DNA of 64,000 nucleotides from Cyclobacteriaceae bacterium (GTDB lineage Bacteria; Bacteroidota; Bacteroidia; Cytophagales; Cyclobacteriaceae): NCBI GenBank assembly GCA_029882685.1, contig JAOUKH010000001.1, positions 3,159 to 67,158 of the forward strand, read 5' to 3'. Shown piece by piece: positions 61,648 to 64,000 of this stretch (position 1 is its first letter; each line of letters starts with the position of its first letter). The notes under the pieces were generated by a model. It saw only the letters and a program-made list of their open reading frames with translations, ran no database searches and was not told where the DNA came from. The position numbers and the translations under genes were made by a program.

Positions 61648-62252
61648 AATCAGATTCAAAAATCATAATCATTGATGATCAGTTTAATCCAGATGATGAT
61701 CCTACATACATTGTTCTCAAGGAGAAATATGCGGATGTGTTGACATTCGTCTCATCTGTTGAGGCAATGAAGGAGTTGCCAAAATATCTAGACGACAAAA
61801 TCATAATACTTCTTGATTTGTCATTTCCTTCCAAAGAACCGGATGGACATAAGGTACTAGAGAAAATCAGAGAAGAAAATAAGTTAATTCCTGTAATTAT
61901 TTGGAGTGCGGTAAATGAGAATGAGGAAAGTTTTAGTGACCTAATTAACAATGATGCCTTTGGGTTCTTAAAAAGAGACGTATCTACGAAAGAAATATTG
62001 ACAAAACTTGAGGAAGCAGATATTTACCTGAATTCATCAGTAAGTGGTGCTTTGGAAAATTGGATTAAATCTCACCCTCAAGGCGATCAGGACAAACCAT
62101 ATATTATTTCTGTAGATGAAACCGAGCTGACTTTAAATGACCTGCTAAAAGAAGTCAGGCTTCAAACTAAACTCGGTCAGTCCTTTTCCAAAAAACTTAA
62201 TAAATTAACTATAGATCTTCTATTAAGAAAAAAAGAGAATCTGGATGACTGA
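61644..62252 (+). CDS. Receiver (REC) domain protein with unknown C-terminal module of about 80 aa
   Basis: CheY-like residues are all present: IIIIDDQ (D11, D12), ILLDLSFP (D58), VIIWSA (S88), GFLKR (K110). The start overlaps the upstream stop (ATGA). Confidence 0.75.
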   Translation: MKSDSKIIIIDDQFNPDDDPTYIVLKEKYADVLTFVSSVEAMKELPKYLDDKIIILLDLSFPSKEPDGHKVLEKIREENKLIPVIIWSAVNENEESFSDLINNDAFGFLKRDVSTKEILTKLEEADIYLNSSVSGALENWIKSHPQGDQDKPYIISVDETELTLNDLLKEVRLQTKLGQSFSKKLNKLTIDLLLRKKENLDD

Positions 62253-62856
62253 CCTAATTATAGCTTTTGATAACGAAGATTCTAAACTCGGATTTTTCTT
62301 TAATAGATGTGCGGAAATTATCACTGAATCAGTTAATGACACATGGAATTGCATCTCAATAGATTCGAGATCATTAAATGAAATCCATTTAGAAATTCGT
62401 ACAAGCCAATTTCAAGGGAATTTCGTTTTTGCATCCTTCACGCACGGTAGCGAATCTTCTTTGGTAGCGTCAGGAACATCATTTATACAAAGTCCAGTTG
62501 AACGAAATTACTTAGTAAATTCTTTTAGCTATTGCTTTGCTTGTCATACAGGTAAACTTCTAGGTCGTGAGCTTGTGGAGAAAGGAACTCACACGTTTAT
62601 TGGCTATTCAGATGAAGCTTCAATAGTTACCACATATATTGATTTGTTTGCTGAATGTGCAGTAGAGGGGTTATTGAGATTTTACAGTGGGTCAACAATT
62701 TTGGAAGCGTTCTTGCTTAAAAAAGAGAAATATGATGAGGAAATAGATAAATTGTATCAAGACGATTTCTTTGTAGCATCCATTCTCATGGATAATAGAG
62801 ATTGCCTGGTACTACATGGCAACAGAGATTTGTGCATTACTGATTTCACGTACTAG
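62245..62856 (+). CDS. Small clan-CD (caspase/metacaspase-like) cysteine peptidase candidate
   Basis: Strand-then-His-Gly FVFASFTHGSE (H67 G68) and strand-then-Ala-Cys SYCFACHTG (A99 C100). Compare caspase LSHG/QACRG and metacaspase SGHG/DSCHSG. Alternating beta-alpha pattern. 8-nt overlap with the REC gene. Confidence 0.55.
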   Translation: MTDLIIAFDNEDSKLGFFFNRCAEIITESVNDTWNCISIDSRSLNEIHLEIRTSQFQGNFVFASFTHGSESSLVASGTSFIQSPVERNYLVNSFSYCFACHTGKLLGRELVEKGTHTFIGYSDEASIVTTYIDLFAECAVEGLLRFYSGSTILEAFLLKKEKYDEEIDKLYQDDFFVASILMDNRDCLVLHGNRDLCITDFTY

Positions 62857-63139
62857 AAAATCCAGCCCTTCACAGCCATACACATTGCCAAGTCGCACAA
62901 GCAAACCACACTAACTAAAACTTGTCAAAGAGTATGTTTGCCAGCCGCACGGTGGTAACTCGAAAGGAACTATCCAGAACGAAAAACACGAAAACCTAAC
63001 AAAATGTATGGTGAATACACTTACGAGCTATTTTTAACTTTTTCTGCAATTCGATACATTAGTGATATCGGAAAGAGTACTCACCATAGCGTTGTTCTTT
63101 ATGATCGTTTTGAGTCTAAAACTTTGTTATAATAAAAGC

Positions 63140-63170
63140 TTTGCTAATAGAAAAGAATTATCTAAATTTG
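63140..63170 (+). promoter_or_regulatory. Bacteroidota-type promoter of rpmE2 (-33 TTTG, -7 TAnnTTTG)
   Basis: tttg at 63140-43, a 19-nt spacer, taaatttg at 63163-70, ATG at 63213. Confidence 0.55.
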
Positions 63171-63212
63171 TGCCTCATTTGGAAAAGACGGTTCAGCATA
63201 AAGCATAATACA

Positions 63213-63458
63213 ATGAAAAAAGACATACATCCAGAATATAAAGAAGTGGTTTTTTTGGACACTTCTAGTGATTTCAAGTTCCTTACGAAATCTACGATGT
63301 CATCAAAAGAAACAATAAAGTGGGAAGATGGTAATGAGTACCCTTTAATTAAAGTTGAAGTAAGTTCAGCCTCTCATCCTTTCTACACTGGTAAAAAATT
63401 ATTTGTTGATACTGCTGGTAGAGTTGAGAAGTTCAACAAAAGATATAAGAATAAATAA
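63213..63458 (+). CDS. rpmE2: 50S ribosomal protein L31, type B (no zinc-binding CxxC)
   Basis: [14 protein letters not shown]...[12 protein letters not shown]...[10 protein letters not shown]. The upstream part of the track ORF is not L31-like. Confidence 0.93.
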   Translation: MKKDIHPEYKEVVFLDTSSDFKFLTKSTMSSKETIKWEDGNEYPLIKVEVSSASHPFYTGKKLFVDTAGRVEKFNKRYKNK

Positions 63459-63480
63459 TCACTCTATTTATTTCATTAGA

Positions 63481-63525
63481 AAAAGTCTTCAAGATCATAT
63501 TATCTTGAAGACTTTTTTATTTTTG
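63481..63525 (+). terminator. Rho-independent terminator of rpmE2
   Basis: Perfect 15-bp stem aaaagtcttcaagat / atcttgaagactttt with a 6-nt loop, followed by ttatttttt. Confidence 0.85.
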
Positions 63526-63529
63526 TAGC

Positions 63530-64000
63530 ATGAGTAATCTTATACTTTTCGATCCTTTGGAGATCAGAGAGACATTATTGCCTCTCTCCTTTACACGACC
63601 TGTTGCAAAAATAAGAGTAGGGATACTATCTATTGATGAAAAATGGAAGAAGCGTATAAACACATCTGTTTCATTCCTTACTCAGGATTACTTATCAGAA
63701 AAATACAAGCTATCCGTTACCAATGATAATTTATTCATAAACGGTGCATTGTGTCCTAATGAAGCTTTATTAAAAGCTATTACTACATTAGAAAAAGAAT
63801 CTTGCTTAAAAAAAGATGGTCTATTATTAGCAGTTAAAACCTCTAGTAATAGTATTGAAGATACTTCTCAATGGAATACCATTGAATTTAATGAAGAATG
63901 TAATTTGATTGATGAAATTTGGAAAATATTTCAATTAAATGCCCAAGAGATAAAGTATGACTTCGATTTGATTACTCAAGGTCGAACTTCTCAGCCTTTG
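63530..64000 (+). CDS. GlmU-related putative sugar nucleotidyltransferase, N-terminal part (runs off the window end)
   Basis: My translation from ATG 63530 reads MSNLILFDPLEIRETLLPLSFTRPVAKIRVGILSIDEKWKKR..., open to the window end. This N-terminus matches my memory of the GlmU-family protein commonly found next to rpmE2 in Flavobacteriia. Confidence 0.65.
   Translation, partial: MSNLILFDPLEIRETLLPLSFTRPVAKIRVGILSIDEKWKKRINTSVSFLTQDYLSEKYKLSVTNDNLFINGALCPNEALLKAITTLEKESCLKKDGLLLAVKTSSNSIEDTSQWNTIEFNEECNLIDEIWKIFQLNAQEIKYDFDLITQGRTSQPL

Noticed and set aside
58452-62856. Apparent higher G+C of the operon relative to its surroundings
   Set aside because: Hand counts of a few 60-nt lines gave 37-45% in the operon, but 43% in a core dcw gene and 23% in an AT-rich hypothetical gene. 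There is no defensible compositional claim without a proper windowed calculation.
58247-63001. 10-bp inverted match tgttaggttt (58247-58256) / aaacctaaca (62992-63001) bracketing the four-gene operon, considered as possible terminal inverted repeats
   Set aside because: It is only 10 bp in AT-rich spacers, so a chance match among the possible position pairs is quite plausible. There are no flanking target-site duplication and no transposase.

Overview
AT-rich Bacteroidota (Flavobacteriia-like) chromosomal segment. Supporting signs are TAnnTTTG-type promoters, the Bacteroidota gene order of the dcw cluster, a hybrid two-component regulator, SprB repeats and DUF4296/Bat-type genes. Most of the window is housekeeping: tig-clpP-clpX, tRNA-Leu(TAG), relA/spoT-fur-STAS-purA, PLP enzymes, a short DUF58/vWA (Bat-like) cluster, mutS2 and an M61-like peptidase. 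A complete dcw cluster (mraZ-rsmH-ftsL-ftsI-murE-mraY-murD-ftsW-murG-murC-ftsQ-ftsA-ftsZ) lies on the minus strand at 21.3-36.6 kb, with a textbook triple MraZ operator. After it come an SSF transporter divergent from a 1373-aa hybrid sensor/AraC regulator, and an accessory block of VOC, NIPSNAP, YeeE, a pentahaem cytochrome c and a serine hydrolase. Then follow glycerate kinase/GntP, cyclophilin, dinB, and a tight YceI / SprB-repeat lipoprotein / YceI / beta-barrel operon. The stand-out is a translationally coupled four-gene operon at 58452-62856. It encodes a complete C5-cytosine methyltransferase, a 710-aa cytoplasmic protein fusing a MORC/Hsp90-like GHKL ATPase to a histidine-kinase core, a receiver-domain protein with an unknown C-terminal module, and a 203-aa protein with a clan-CD (caspase/metacaspase-like) His-Gly...Ala-Cys dyad. 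I see no nuclease, Vsr, integrase or transposase next to it. I interpret it as a candidate undescribed phosphorelay-based, methylation-linked defence/abortive-infection system. No rRNA, CRISPR array or recognisable mobile-element gene was seen. All family calls come from motif reading and memory; no searches were run.
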